This document shows positions 1 to 9,115 of a DNA stretch of 64,000 nucleotides, in pieces. This DNA is from an uncultured bacterium (lineage in GTDB: Bacteria > Acidobacteriota > HRBIN11 > JAKEFK01): positions 32,001 to 96,000 of the forward strand of contig CAVZQN010000004.1 of assembly GCA_963777505.1 (NCBI GenBank), given 5' to 3'. The stretch's first letter is position 1, and each line of letters opens with the position of its first letter. The position numbers and the translations under genes are program-made. A model generated the notes under the pieces. It saw only the letters and a program-made list of their open reading frames with translations, was not told the origin of the DNA and searched no databases.

Positions 1-540
1 GCCTTGAGCAAGGCCGGCTTGCGTGCCGACATTAATCGTTTTAGATTCGCGCGCGAAAAGTACACCGGTGAACGGAATACTGATGTTCTGCGTTGAAAGG
101 TCAAAATCCATCCTGATTGTACCGGTGACTGCGAATTGAGGTGTCACGCCATTCGCCTTGACACGAACGCGCCACGGCAAATCACATCCGCGTGGGCTTC
201 CAATGCCGGGACTCAGGATTGTTTTCGTTTGTTCGGTCGTTGTGGCGTTAACGTTTTCGGCCTTCACCAGCGGTCCTTCCTGATTGGATGCCGTATCCGG
301 CTCTCTCAATTCTATTGTGATGGGGATATCGTTTGTTGAACCTGCAGGACCCAAGCGTTTGAATTTCACCACTGCAGCGACTTGCCGGTTGCACGGAACG
401 GAAAAAGTTCTGAAAACAGAAATCGACAATCCTGTTCCCGGACCGAATTCAAAAGTTTTAGAGATATTTGCTGCGAAGTTGGTACTCGAAGACGCAAGTA
501 TAAATATTACTAGACCAAACACTATTAGAAACCTTTTCAT
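1..540 (-). CDS. Secreted hypothetical protein, truncated by the window edge
   Basis: ATG at 540 with SD GAGGAGG. The frame is open to position 1 and begins MKRFLIVFGLVIFILASSSTNFAA, a signal-peptide-like N-terminus. Not in the ORF track. Confidence 0.8.
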   Translation of the reverse strand, partial: MKRFLIVFGLVIFILASSSTNFAANISKTFEFGPGTGLSISVFRTFSVPCNRQVAAVVKFKRLGPAGSTNDIPITIELREPDTASNQEGPLVKAENVNATTTEQTKTILSPGIGSPRGCDLPWRVRVKANGVTPQFAVTGTIRMDFDLSTQNISIPFTGVLFARESKTINVGTQAGLAQG

Positions 541-702
541 GGCTTCCCTCCTCAATCCCATCAACATCTTATTACCATCCCGTTCTCAAACACAATAGGC
601 TGGAAGCGTCGATCCTTTGAAATAAAGGAGGGTACAAAAATGAATCGACGTCGGAAGTGATCATCGTTCCTGTGTCAGTCGTAGATCGTGGAAAAAAGTC
701 TA

Positions 703-846
703 TCAAGATGCGTTGGCGTCCCGCAAGACTACAGTCGAATCATCGATGATTTCCACACGACTCGCAATCGGATAAGACTTGAGGAATCTCTTCACTCGAT
801 TGCAGCTGAGCGGCTCGTCGTCCACAATCAACACTTTGAGATTCAT
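703..846 (-). pseudogene. Truncated response-regulator receiver fragment (47 aa)
   Basis: Translates as MNLKVLIVDDEPLSCNRVKRFLKSYPIASRVEIIDDSTVVLRDANAS*. This is a receiver N-terminus that stops before the phospho-acceptor Asp. Confidence 0.55.
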
Positions 847-896
847 ACCACAATCATATTTGAGATTTCAGATGTACAATTGCAATTTTGATAAAG

Positions 897-985
897 CGGA
901 GAGGGTGGGATTCGAACCCACGTACCGCCAACGGCGGTAACCTGATTTCGAGTCAGGCCCGTTACAACCACTTCGGTACCTCTCC
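897..985 (-). tRNA. tRNA-Ser (anticodon CGA), CCA not encoded
   Basis: Reverse complement reads GGAGAGG...CCTGA-CTCGAAA-TCAGG...long variable arm...GTTCGAATCC...CCTCTCCG. Confidence 0.95.
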
Positions 986-1051
986 GGTTTTTAAAAGAAA
1001 GCTAGGTGAATTGCAGATCTAAAGTCGAGTTCGAATTATATAATAAGGATT

Positions 1052-1207
1052 GTGAATCAAAAGGGATTCTTCAAGCGGTTTTGGCTTGGCTTTCGATGCC
1101 GTATCTTACGCTGGCATGATGTGGATCTGCGACAATTTGGTCCCTGGATGCAAGTTTATTGTACTGATTGCTCCAAGGTCATTCATTCCTATATTCCAGG
1201 CACTTGA
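1052..1207 (+). CDS. Putative 51-aa protein with a C-x5-H...CxxC metal-binding pattern
   Basis: TATAAT at 1039-1044, then GTG. MNQKGFFKRFWLGFRCRILRWHDVDLRQFGPWMQVYCTDCSKVIHSYIPGT. Fills an otherwise empty gap. Confidence 0.5.
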   Translation: MNQKGFFKRFWLGFRCRILRWHDVDLRQFGPWMQVYCTDCSKVIHSYIPGT

Positions 1208-2004
1208 TCCGGCTCTTTGTATTTATACTCGGGTGCTAACAAATCATTAATCTCATGCATATAGTGGGATAACAAAGTTTGTTGAAGCTCTTTTTCGGAA
1301 TGATGTTTGTTTTTTCCCCGAAATTCCTTTTCGAGCTCCGAATGGTTTGTTAGTTTCCCGATGCGTAAACGGATTTTTCCGGAATGGGGAAGTGTTCTTC
1401 CGACAGGCAACAATTCCTCTGGTCCCATCAAAGCAATGGCAACCACGAGCGAGTCTCGGAAGTAAATCGTGGTTCTTGGATTTCCACCTTTTAGGTTAAA
1501 TCGTTTTTCTATCCGTGTTCGCGTTCCTTCGGGAAAAACAAGCAGCGAATATCCTTTTCGTTTGAGACGTGCAGCCCACTTTAATGCGCGTGAATTCATT
1601 TTCTTTTTGATCATGCCTTCAACATTTGCTTTTGGTTGATACACACGAATCGTATTTAAAGAGCGTGTCAAAAATCGACGTGAGAATTCATATGTTTTTT
1701 GTCCCGCAATATGAACAAGGTGGTCCGCCATCTTCTTAAATCCACTACGGATCAACAGAATCTCAATGATATGACTATCCGCGTAAGTGAGATGATTCGA
1801 AATAAATGTGAGTGCATGACCACTCTTTCTGAGAGTATCCAATTCTTTCAGCTGTTCAATGGTTTCAACAGTGCTGTCTTTTGTAATTAATCTGTTTGCA
1901 TACCAGAGCAATAGTTTTCGATTTAAAGGAAGACTTCGGAAAAATACTTGCTTCAGGGAAGGATTTTTTAAACTTTCAAAAAGATTACTTATGCTCTCAA
2001 ACAT
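1189..2004 (-). CDS. Lysophospholipid / glycerol-3-phosphate acyltransferase (PlsC-like)
   Basis: Motifs NHLTYAD (HX4D) and FPEGTR. Confidence 0.85.
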   Translation of the reverse strand: MFESISNLFESLKNPSLKQVFFRSLPLNRKLLLWYANRLITKDSTVETIEQLKELDTLRKSGHALTFISNHLTYADSHIIEILLIRSGFKKMADHLVHIAGQKTYEFSRRFLTRSLNTIRVYQPKANVEGMIKKKMNSRALKWAARLKRKGYSLLVFPEGTRTRIEKRFNLKGGNPRTTIYFRDSLVVAIALMGPEELLPVGRTLPHSGKIRLRIGKLTNHSELEKEFRGKNKHHSEKELQQTLLSHYMHEINDLLAPEYKYKEPDQVPGI

Positions 2005-2138
2005 CAGATCTAATTATAAAGTGAAGCCGGGATGACTTTGTGATTCGTAAATCGTTGACACAAAAATCGAATCTTTATATACTGCTGAGGTCCTTAAACC
2101 CTTCCATTTCTAATCATCATGTTGAGAGAGGGAGTGTC

Positions 2139-2696
2139 ATGAAAAAAGTCGCTTCTATATTCATTTTGATTTTGCTGGCTTCGGTTGCTTATTCGCAAAC
2201 GCCGGCACCGCCTGCTCCTCCAGCTCAGACTGCTCCGCCTGTGGGGCAAACTGCAGGTCAAACTTTGCCTGAGTTATTAAACTGGATGGTTGGGGAATGG
2301 GAAGGCGAAGGTATGTCTCGCGGTGAAAGGGAATTTATTGGCAAACTATCCGTCATGCCTGAGCTTGACGGGACGGCACTTTTAGTTCGTCGTGAATCCA
2401 CAACAAAGGAAGAGGTTAGCGGTGGACTAAAAGAGTTAATCATTGTTGGGTTTGATGGAACGACGAAAAAAATTGTTGCAACTGTGTATGACAATAAGAA
2501 TAGTATCGGTTTGTATGTTGGTGAGTTGAAAACGAATGAAGTAGTATTTTCTGCCGCCACAGCTCAGCAAGGTTATGTTTCGCGTCGTATCTATAAGTTA
2601 ATGCCGGATGGAGGCCTGTCCTTCATAATTGAAGGTGCAACTCCCGGAAAAGAAGTCAGTAAGGTAGTAGAAATTAATTTTAAGAAGAAGTCATAG
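2139..2696 (+). CDS. Secreted hypothetical protein, probable beta-barrel (DUF1579-like)
   Basis: SD GAGGGAG, then MKKVASIFILILLASVAYS signal peptide, a Pro-rich linker and the motif LNWMVGEWEGEG. Confidence 0.7.
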   Translation: MKKVASIFILILLASVAYSQTPAPPAPPAQTAPPVGQTAGQTLPELLNWMVGEWEGEGMSRGEREFIGKLSVMPELDGTALLVRRESTTKEEVSGGLKELIIVGFDGTTKKIVATVYDNKNSIGLYVGELKTNEVVFSAATAQQGYVSRRIYKLMPDGGLSFIIEGATPGKEVSKVVEINFKKKS

Positions 2697-2810
2697 TTTT
2701 GATATTGAGGCGGATGCTGTAACAGTGCAGTAATTCGTCCTAAGCTTGCAGGGTAAAGCGCTGATTCCGCTGCGGTTTTTTGCGGGTCCGCAGCAGGGAA
2801 AGGAAAGATG

Positions 2811-2899
2811 GGAGAGATGTCCGAGTGGCTGAAGGAGCACGCTTGGAAAGCGTGTATCCGTGGTAACGCGGATCGAGGGTTCGAATCCCTCTCTCTCCG
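2811..2899 (+). tRNA. tRNA-Ser (anticodon GGA), CCA not encoded
   Basis: GGAGAGATGTCCGAGTGG...CACGC-TTGGAAA-GCGTG...GGTTCGAATCCC...TCTCTCCG. Confidence 0.95.
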
Positions 2900-3002
2900 C
2901 TCCTCCTCGCTAAGTCAACCGCGCTATTTCGATCAATTTCCTTCCTTCCAAAATGATTCTACCAGGGCAGGAATCGGAGCATTCAACGGGGGACAGAGGT
3001 TT

Positions 3003-3377
3003 ATGAACATACTTCTGGTTGATGATAAAAAAGACATTCTTGATACGATGGGCGAGATTTTAGAAATTTGCCATAACCACAACGTTCAAGGTGCCACTTC
3101 TGGAAAAGAAGCCTTACGATTTGTACGGCGCAAAAAATATGATCTAGTGGTTATGGATTTAGCTCTTCCACTGATGAATGGTCTCGTGATTATTTCAAAA
3201 ATGCGTAAGATGCATCCGCGGCTGAACATTGTTGTATTAACTGGAATTGTTTGCAATGAACAGCTCAAAGATCAAATAAGAAAATTAAATGTGACTCAAA
3301 TTTTCGTAAAACCACGCGGAATTCACGAGCTATTGCATTACATTAAGCAGCTTGAAAAGAAAACGAAGGCAGTATAA
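3003..3377 (+). CDS. Single-domain response regulator (CheY-like receiver)
   Basis: Motifs MNILLVDD, DLVVMDLALPLMNG, LTG and KP. The longer 2808 start overlaps the tRNA. Confidence 0.88.
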   Translation: MNILLVDDKKDILDTMGEILEICHNHNVQGATSGKEALRFVRRKKYDLVVMDLALPLMNGLVIISKMRKMHPRLNIVVLTGIVCNEQLKDQIRKLNVTQIFVKPRGIHELLHYIKQLEKKTKAV

Positions 3378-3380
3378 GGG

Positions 3381-4787
3381 CTAGCGTAAGAAAGTAACAG
3401 TTCGCTTACCGTAATCGATCAACATTGTGTATCCTTCCAGGATATCTCTACCTAATATTCCGCCGATTTCCAGTTCCATTGATTCGCTGCCTTCAGCAAA
3501 ATTGACAACAGAAATGAGGTTGAATTCCTTTCTTAATGGTCCTGCCTCAATAGATACATTTTCAGCAACTAAAACTTCTTCCATACGGCCGCCTACTCCG
3601 GTCAATGGAGTGGATTGTTTCATTGAATGACTCAGCGGATAGTTGATGCGTGCATATTTTTTTGCCGCTAATGCTGAAATGATTGTTCTGTGTCCCCCTG
3701 TATCTAAAATAAAATCGAGTGCCGGCGAATTTCTGATTTTGCATTTGAGCATGATCATCTTTCCCACTAAGAGGAATGGGACTTCAGTTTTTTCGCGGAA
3801 ATTTCTTGCATCTATATACTTGGAAAAATCAGATTGTGCATTGAATAAGGTAAATTTCTGTCCTGATTTCATTGGAACCAACATGGTATTACCTGAGGAA
3901 AAAAATGCAGTTCCTACAATTCCATCTGGATCCATATTTTCGCTAATCGATGCAACAGGATTTTTTACATTGAATTCTCCTGTATTAAATTCAGTTAATA
4001 CAACCTTAGTGCCTTTCGTCACAGGTTTTTTGCCGATTCCAAATATAAGTAACTCGGTCTGAATCTGAGGATTCCATTTTTTGCTTTTAAGAGTTAGAGC
4101 CCCTGCACCAGTATCAACAAGCAATGAAATTTTCTTGTCGCCATCGATTTTGGCTTTTACAAAAAGTTTGCCATCCTGGAGTTTGGAGTCCAGCTCTTCG
4201 AAATCCTCTAATTTTGTTGCAATGTTCAATTCCATTCCTCGCGTACGATTCATGAACTCTATGGCATATTCCACTGACTGCTTTTTGTATGGATCTTCTT
4301 TTACGAGTTCCAAAAATTTAAGAAAGTGGCCGGTCGATTCATCGGTGCTTCGGGAGAGGTTTCCCGCGAAGTAATAAGGTTCTGGACGCTCTGGTGCGAG
4401 TTCTAGAGCTTCGAGGGCATGTTGTCTTGCAGCATAGGCCTCATTTTGCCAGACGGAAATTGTTGCTTTTCCCAGCAAAGACAGCCAATCCTTTTGAAAA
4501 ACTTTTGCCGCTCCTTCAATATCTCCGGTTTTCAATAAAGCGAATCCACGAGCTCCGGCAGTTGATTCGTATTTACAGTCGTTAATATTTCCATGATGAT
4601 GAATTCTTTCTTCCCAGATTGATCGGATTACAGGATCTGAGAATGCATCCGAAAGCTGTGTGTGGGCTTTTGGGAAATCACCAGCGTAGTAGGTATAAAC
4701 GAATCGTGCGCGCAACTCGTCAGTGCCACTCCAAACGAGGCTCGCTAAAAGCAAAAAAATGAACAGGACTTTTCGCACGGATTTCAT
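3381..4787 (-). CDS. Secreted TPR plus tandem retropepsin-like aspartyl protease
   Basis: Signal peptide MKSVRKVLFIFLLLASLVWS, TPR-like helices, and two catalytic motifs LLVDTGA and FILDTGG, each followed by a GIxG motif. Confidence 0.8.
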   Translation of the reverse strand: MKSVRKVLFIFLLLASLVWSGTDELRARFVYTYYAGDFPKAHTQLSDAFSDPVIRSIWEERIHHHGNINDCKYESTAGARGFALLKTGDIEGAAKVFQKDWLSLLGKATISVWQNEAYAARQHALEALELAPERPEPYYFAGNLSRSTDESTGHFLKFLELVKEDPYKKQSVEYAIEFMNRTRGMELNIATKLEDFEELDSKLQDGKLFVKAKIDGDKKISLLVDTGAGALTLKSKKWNPQIQTELLIFGIGKKPVTKGTKVVLTEFNTGEFNVKNPVASISENMDPDGIVGTAFFSSGNTMLVPMKSGQKFTLFNAQSDFSKYIDARNFREKTEVPFLLVGKMIMLKCKIRNSPALDFILDTGGHRTIISALAAKKYARINYPLSHSMKQSTPLTGVGGRMEEVLVAENVSIEAGPLRKEFNLISVVNFAEGSESMELEIGGILGRDILEGYTMLIDYGKRTVTFLR

Positions 4788-4791
4788 TATA

Positions 4792-4874
4792 ATCAAAATC
4801 AAATATCAAAAATAAAAAATCAAAAACATCTGAATTCGAGCTTAATTTTTGATTTTTGGTCTTTTATTTTTTAT
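4792..4874. repeat. Inverted heptamer-repeat array, (TCAAAAA)n...(TTTTTGA)n
   Basis: Degenerate 7-bp tandem units on two opposed arms that could form a long hairpin. Confidence 0.7.
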
Positions 4875-4886
4875 CTTGAAAAGTTT

Positions 4887-5151
4887 GGTCGTGCTAAGCG
4901 GGGAGCCAGCGGTGCCCTGTACCTGCAATCCGCTATAGCAGGGCTGAATTCCCGACTGAGGAACCAGACAAGAAAGATCTGGTTGCTATGGATTCCGGAG
5001 AAGCTGGGACCAATGCAATGCAGATCTATGAACCCCGTCAGATCCGGAAGGAAGCAGCGGTAAATAGACACCTGCATGTGCCGTTGGCAAACCTGGGTTC
5101 TTCTCCTTGGTAATCTCCTTTTTTGCCGGTTTCGATGAAGGGTGCACGACC
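4887..5151 (+). ncRNA. ffs: Signal recognition particle RNA, large (Alu-domain) bacterial type
   Basis: 5' GGTCGTGCTAAGCGGGGAG...GCGGTGCCCTGTACCTGCAATCCGCT (Alu domain), helix 8 TCAGATCCGGAAGGAAGCAGC, and a 3' GCACGACC that pairs with the 5' end. Lies upstream of dnaX. Confidence 0.92.
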
Positions 5152-5160
5152 TTATACTTA

Positions 5161-5255
5161 AGAGAATAGAGAATAGAGAATAGAGAATAGAGAATAGAGA
5201 ATAGAAGATAGAAGATAGAGAGCTTCTATCCTCAATCCTCTATCTTCTATTCTCA
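5161..5255. repeat. Heptamer tandem repeat (AGAGAAT)x6 plus variants, with an inverted arm
   Basis: AGAGAAT x6, AGAAGAT x2, then TCTATCC TCAATCC TCTATCT TCTATTC. Confidence 0.85.
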
Positions 5256-5282
5256 AAATATTGAAGCTAGGTTCCAATTAGC

Positions 5283-6908
5283 ATGTACACAGTTCTAGCA
5301 CGTAAATGGCGACCGCAAACTTTCGACGACCTTGTTGGTCAACAAACGGTCACCCGAACACTTGAGAATGCGATCAAAGAAGGACGGATTCATCATGCAT
5401 TTTTGTTTTCAGGTCCGCGTGGTGTTGGAAAAACGACCTGTGCAAGAGTCCTTGCAAAAGCATTAAATTGCCATTCAGCAGAAACCCCAGTAATACGTCC
5501 GTGTGGTGTTTGTCCATCCTGTATGGATATTGCGGCTTCACGTTCGATGGATGTTTTGGAAATCGATGGTGCTTCCAATCGTGGGATTGATGAAGTACGT
5601 GAACTGCGCGATTCTGCAAAGTATCAAGCCATTCGCGATCGCTATCGCATTTTTATCATTGATGAAGTTCATATGCTTACGACAGAAGCATTTAACGCTT
5701 TGCTCAAAATTCTTGAAGAACCTCCACCACATGTCTTTTTCATATTCGCTACAACAGAAAAACATAAAGTTCCTGCCACAATCGCATCGCGTGTTCAGGT
5801 ATTCGATTTCAAGCGCATTACAGACACTGTGCTTGTTCAACGTTTGTCTCACATAACAAAAGAAGAAGGAATTAAGATTTCCGATCGAAGCCTTGAAATG
5901 ATTGCCTCATCATCTGAGGGCGGATTACGTGATGCGCTTGGATTACTGGATCAAGTCGTTGCATTCAGCGGAACGAAAGTTAAAGATGATGAAGTTGTAT
6001 CAGTTCTCGGCCTTGTTGAATTCGATGCGATGATTGAGCTGGGCCAGGCTATTTCAAAAGGAGATTCCGCAGCAGTACTCGCATTGCTTGAAAGAATTGC
6101 CGAATATGGAATCGACTATAAGGAATTCTACAAAGAACTTCTTCATTTCTACAGGGATTTGTTCTTAATCCGATTTTCCGGAGAAAACGGTAAAGAAAGT
6201 CGATCCATTGTAAATCCTGATGAGCGGATGGTAACTCTTGCGTCAACGTATGATGAAATTCATTTATTGCGGATTTGTCATCAGCTAGTATCGGTTCAGA
6301 ATTTTCTCAGAATGTCTGGCAATTTAAGGTTCTTGTTTGAAGTAACACTCGTAAAACTATGTCAGATTCAGCGGTTGGTGCCGTTGGAAGAATTGGCGGA
6401 TGTTTTAAAAAAAAACAGTAGCTCTGTGACGCCGGCTCCGAAGGTCCGTGCAACCCCCAGTGCAGCTTCAGCGGCGCCACCTTTAGCACGAAGCGTTGTT
6501 CAGCCGAAAGAAGTCGCAACTTCTGCATCTCCTGCGATGGCAGACGATTTCTTTGCAATCTTTATCAGTGAGTTGGAACAACAAAACCCGCGGCTTGCTG
6601 CAGCACTTGAAGACGCAAGATTTATCCGTTCGGATTCAAAAATTACGTTTTATGTTCCCGATTCTTTTTTCGTAATGGTTAAAGTTGATACAAAAGTTTA
6701 CAGCGATCTGCAGACTTTGCTCGAAAAGAAATTAGGTGGCAGCCTGCAAGTAGAAATTGTGAAAGGAGAGCCGGGTAAGGATCAGGAAGCGATGCGAGTT
6801 GCTACACCTGAAACACTTGTTGAAAATGATCCTGTTGTTAAGGAATTTGTAAAAGCATTCAAAGGAAAAATCAGCAAAATTGAATTAAATAAGGAGCGGT
6901 TTTCATGA
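5283..6908 (+). CDS. dnaX: DNA polymerase III subunit gamma/tau
   Basis: YTVLARKWRPQTF, Walker A GPRGVGKTT, zinc-binding Cys residues, IIDEVHML. Confidence 0.97.
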   Translation: MYTVLARKWRPQTFDDLVGQQTVTRTLENAIKEGRIHHAFLFSGPRGVGKTTCARVLAKALNCHSAETPVIRPCGVCPSCMDIAASRSMDVLEIDGASNRGIDEVRELRDSAKYQAIRDRYRIFIIDEVHMLTTEAFNALLKILEEPPPHVFFIFATTEKHKVPATIASRVQVFDFKRITDTVLVQRLSHITKEEGIKISDRSLEMIASSSEGGLRDALGLLDQVVAFSGTKVKDDEVVSVLGLVEFDAMIELGQAISKGDSAAVLALLERIAEYGIDYKEFYKELLHFYRDLFLIRFSGENGKESRSIVNPDERMVTLASTYDEIHLLRICHQLVSVQNFLRMSGNLRFLFEVTLVKLCQIQRLVPLEELADVLKKNSSSVTPAPKVRATPSAASAAPPLARSVVQPKEVATSASPAMADDFFAIFISELEQQNPRLAAALEDARFIRSDSKITFYVPDSFFVMVKVDTKVYSDLQTLLEKKLGGSLQVEIVKGEPGKDQEAMRVATPETLVENDPVVKEFVKAFKGKISKIELNKERFS

Positions 6909-7219
6909 AAATGAATATGAATAAGCTTATGCAGCAAGTTCAGGAGACGCAGAAAAAGCTTCAGGACGAATTAGCTGCAATGCGTGTGACCGCAAGTTCA
7001 GGCGGCGGTATGGTTGAAGTAACCCTGGATGGATCCAAACAAATGATTTCGATAAAAATTGATCCTCAGGCTGTTAACGCAGAAGACGTTGAAATGCTGC
7101 AGGATTTAATTGTTGCAGCATACAATGAAGCTTTTCGCCGAGCCGATGAACAAGCAGCCGAAAAGATGGGTGCTATGACCGGCAATCTAAAGATTCCCGG
7201 ATTAGGGAATATGTTCTAG
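6905..7219 (+). CDS. ybaB: Nucleoid-associated protein YbaB/EbfC
   Basis: SSGGGMVEV and EMLQDLIVAAYNEA; dnaX-ybaB-recR synteny. Confidence 0.95.
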   Translation: MKMNMNKLMQQVQETQKKLQDELAAMRVTASSGGGMVEVTLDGSKQMISIKIDPQAVNAEDVEMLQDLIVAAYNEAFRRADEQAAEKMGAMTGNLKIPGLGNMF

Positions 7220-7242
7220 CTTCTTAACTGAAAGTCACAAAG

Positions 7243-7857
7243 ATGAATTATCCGCTGCAATATTATCCTGCCCCATTGGCACGACTTCTTGAAGAGTTGA
7301 TGAAGCTTCCGGGCATCGGGATTAAATCGGCGCAACGAATCGCATTTCATTTCTTGAAGATGCCAGTGGAAGATCAAAAAGCACTTGCTGAAGCCATTGG
7401 CGCATTAAGAGATCAAATTCGTTATTGTTCAATTTGCTGGAATTTCACAGATACTGATCCTTGCAAAATTTGCCTTGATCCAAAACGCGAAGATGATGTC
7501 ATTTGCGTTGTCGAAGAACCAACCACATTAATTGCGATCGAAAAAACTCGTGAATTCCGCGGAAAATATCACGTTCTTTTAGGATCGTTAAATCCTCTTC
7601 AAGGGATCGGACCATCTGAGATTAAGATCAAAGAACTTGTCGAACGCGTTGAACTTCTACACCCCAGAGAAGTGATTCTAGCCACAAATCCAACTGTTGA
7701 AGGCGAGGCTACATCTGTCTACATTGCGAAGTTGATTCAAAATATGACTGACAAATTGACCCGGATCGCTTTAGGGGTTCCTGTTGGTGGGGATCTGGAT
7801 TATGTAGACGAAGTCACGATGGCTCGCGCTTTCGTAGGTCGCCATTCTGCACGTTAG
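7243..7857 (+). CDS. recR: Recombination protein RecR
   Basis: HhH motif LPGIGIKSAQR, C4 zinc finger, Toprim motif EVILATNPTVEGEAT. Confidence 0.97.
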   Translation: MNYPLQYYPAPLARLLEELMKLPGIGIKSAQRIAFHFLKMPVEDQKALAEAIGALRDQIRYCSICWNFTDTDPCKICLDPKREDDVICVVEEPTTLIAIEKTREFRGKYHVLLGSLNPLQGIGPSEIKIKELVERVELLHPREVILATNPTVEGEATSVYIAKLIQNMTDKLTRIALGVPVGGDLDYVDEVTMARAFVGRHSAR

Positions 7858-7993
7858 TTAAACCGCAAAGACACCAAGATTTAAGAGCATAGAACGACGT
7901 TCAATCGCCTCCAATTTCTTGTCAATAAAGGGGGATTATGGTATTGTTCAGAGACTTACAGACAGCGAAACGACAGTGAAATAAGAGGGACAA

Positions 7994-8494
7994 ATGGCTG
8001 GAACAGACATGATTATGTATGAAGAAGAGTTCCAGCTGATCCGCGTCGTTTTAAACAAATTAAAAGAAGATGCAAACGCCAAAATGGTGTTTCTTGTTGA
8101 CAAAAATGGTCAACAGATTGCCTATAACGGGGACATAAGCAATCTTGATACAACTTCATTAGCTTCATTGACTGCAGGCAATGTGGCTGCCACTGACGGA
8201 CTCGCAAGACTGATAGGAGAGAAGGAATTTTCTGTACTATTTCATGAAGGGGAAAGGGATAATATCCACATTTCTATCGTCGGTAAACGGGTCATCCTGG
8301 TAGTCATTTTTGATGAACGCTCCTCATTGGGGTTAGTTCGATTGAGAGTCAGGAAAGCTTCGACGGAATTGGAAAACGTATTCAACAGGATTCTTGAAAA
8401 AGTCGAACGAGAAAAGGAGGCTGGTGCTGCAGGTTTTGAATCCCCGTTTGCTGAAATTACTGACGAAGATATCGATAGTTTATTTAGCGAATAG
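7994..8494 (+). CDS. mglB: MglB roadblock-domain GTPase-activating protein
   Basis: DTTSLASLTAGNVAAT, SSLGLVRLR and C-terminal FAEITDEDIDSLFSE, as in Myxococcus MglB. Confidence 0.92.
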   Translation: MAGTDMIMYEEEFQLIRVVLNKLKEDANAKMVFLVDKNGQQIAYNGDISNLDTTSLASLTAGNVAATDGLARLIGEKEFSVLFHEGERDNIHISIVGKRVILVVIFDERSSLGLVRLRVRKASTELENVFNRILEKVEREKEAGAAGFESPFAEITDEDIDSLFSE

Positions 8495-8522
8495 CTCTGA
8501 GCACCCTTTTTGACGATCGAGC

Positions 8523-9110
8523 ATGACGTTCATCAACTACGCCTCGCGCGAGATCAACTGCAAAATTGTATATTACGGTCCAGGTTTGTGCGGTAAAACC
8601 ACAAATATTCAATACATCTACGACAAAACAAATCCTCAAGCGAAAGGTAAATTAATCTCACTCGCTACAGAAACAGATCGGACTTTGTTTTTTGATTTTT
8701 TACCGCTCGATTTAGGTTCAGTTAAAGGCTTCAAAGTTCGCTTCCATCTTTATACCGTTCCCGGTCAGGTCTTTTATGATGCAAGCCGGAAACTCATTCT
8801 GAAAGGAGTTGATGGTGTCATATTCGTTGCTGATTCTCAAAATGAGCGCATGGAAGCCAATGAAGAAAGTATTTACAACTTAAAAAACAATCTAAAGGAT
8901 CAAGGTTACGAACTAAAATCTATTCCATACATTTTGCAGCTAAATAAGCGAGATCTTCCGAATATTGCGACCGTAGAAGAGATGGTTAAAAAGCTTCAAC
9001 AAAAAGACGAACCTGTATTTGAAGCTGTTGCTTCGAAGGGTACTGGAGTTTTCGAGACGTTGAAAGCGGTTGCGAGACAAGCGTTAAATGATCTTCGCAA
9101 AAGTACGTGA
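8523..9110 (+). CDS. mglA: MglA Ras-like small GTPase
   Basis: INYASREINCKIVYYGPGLCGKTTN, DRTLFFDFLP, TVPGQVFY, NKRD. Confidence 0.96.
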   Translation: MTFINYASREINCKIVYYGPGLCGKTTNIQYIYDKTNPQAKGKLISLATETDRTLFFDFLPLDLGSVKGFKVRFHLYTVPGQVFYDASRKLILKGVDGVIFVADSQNERMEANEESIYNLKNNLKDQGYELKSIPYILQLNKRDLPNIATVEEMVKKLQQKDEPVFEAVASKGTGVFETLKAVARQALNDLRKST

Positions 9111-9115
9111 GTTTT

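Noticed and set aside
2700-2806. GC-rich hairpins upstream of tRNA-Ser(GGA)
   Set aside because: No recognisable ncRNA motif; most simply a tRNA leader or terminator.
2808-3002. N-terminal extension of the response regulator (189-aa ORF)
   Set aside because: It overlaps tRNA-Ser(GGA); the receiver domain begins at ATG 3003.
4871-5077. 68-aa minus-strand ORF
   Set aside because: It is the antisense shadow of the SRP RNA.
5161-5255. Possible CRISPR array
   Set aside because: 7-bp tandem units with no unique spacers, and no cas genes in the window.
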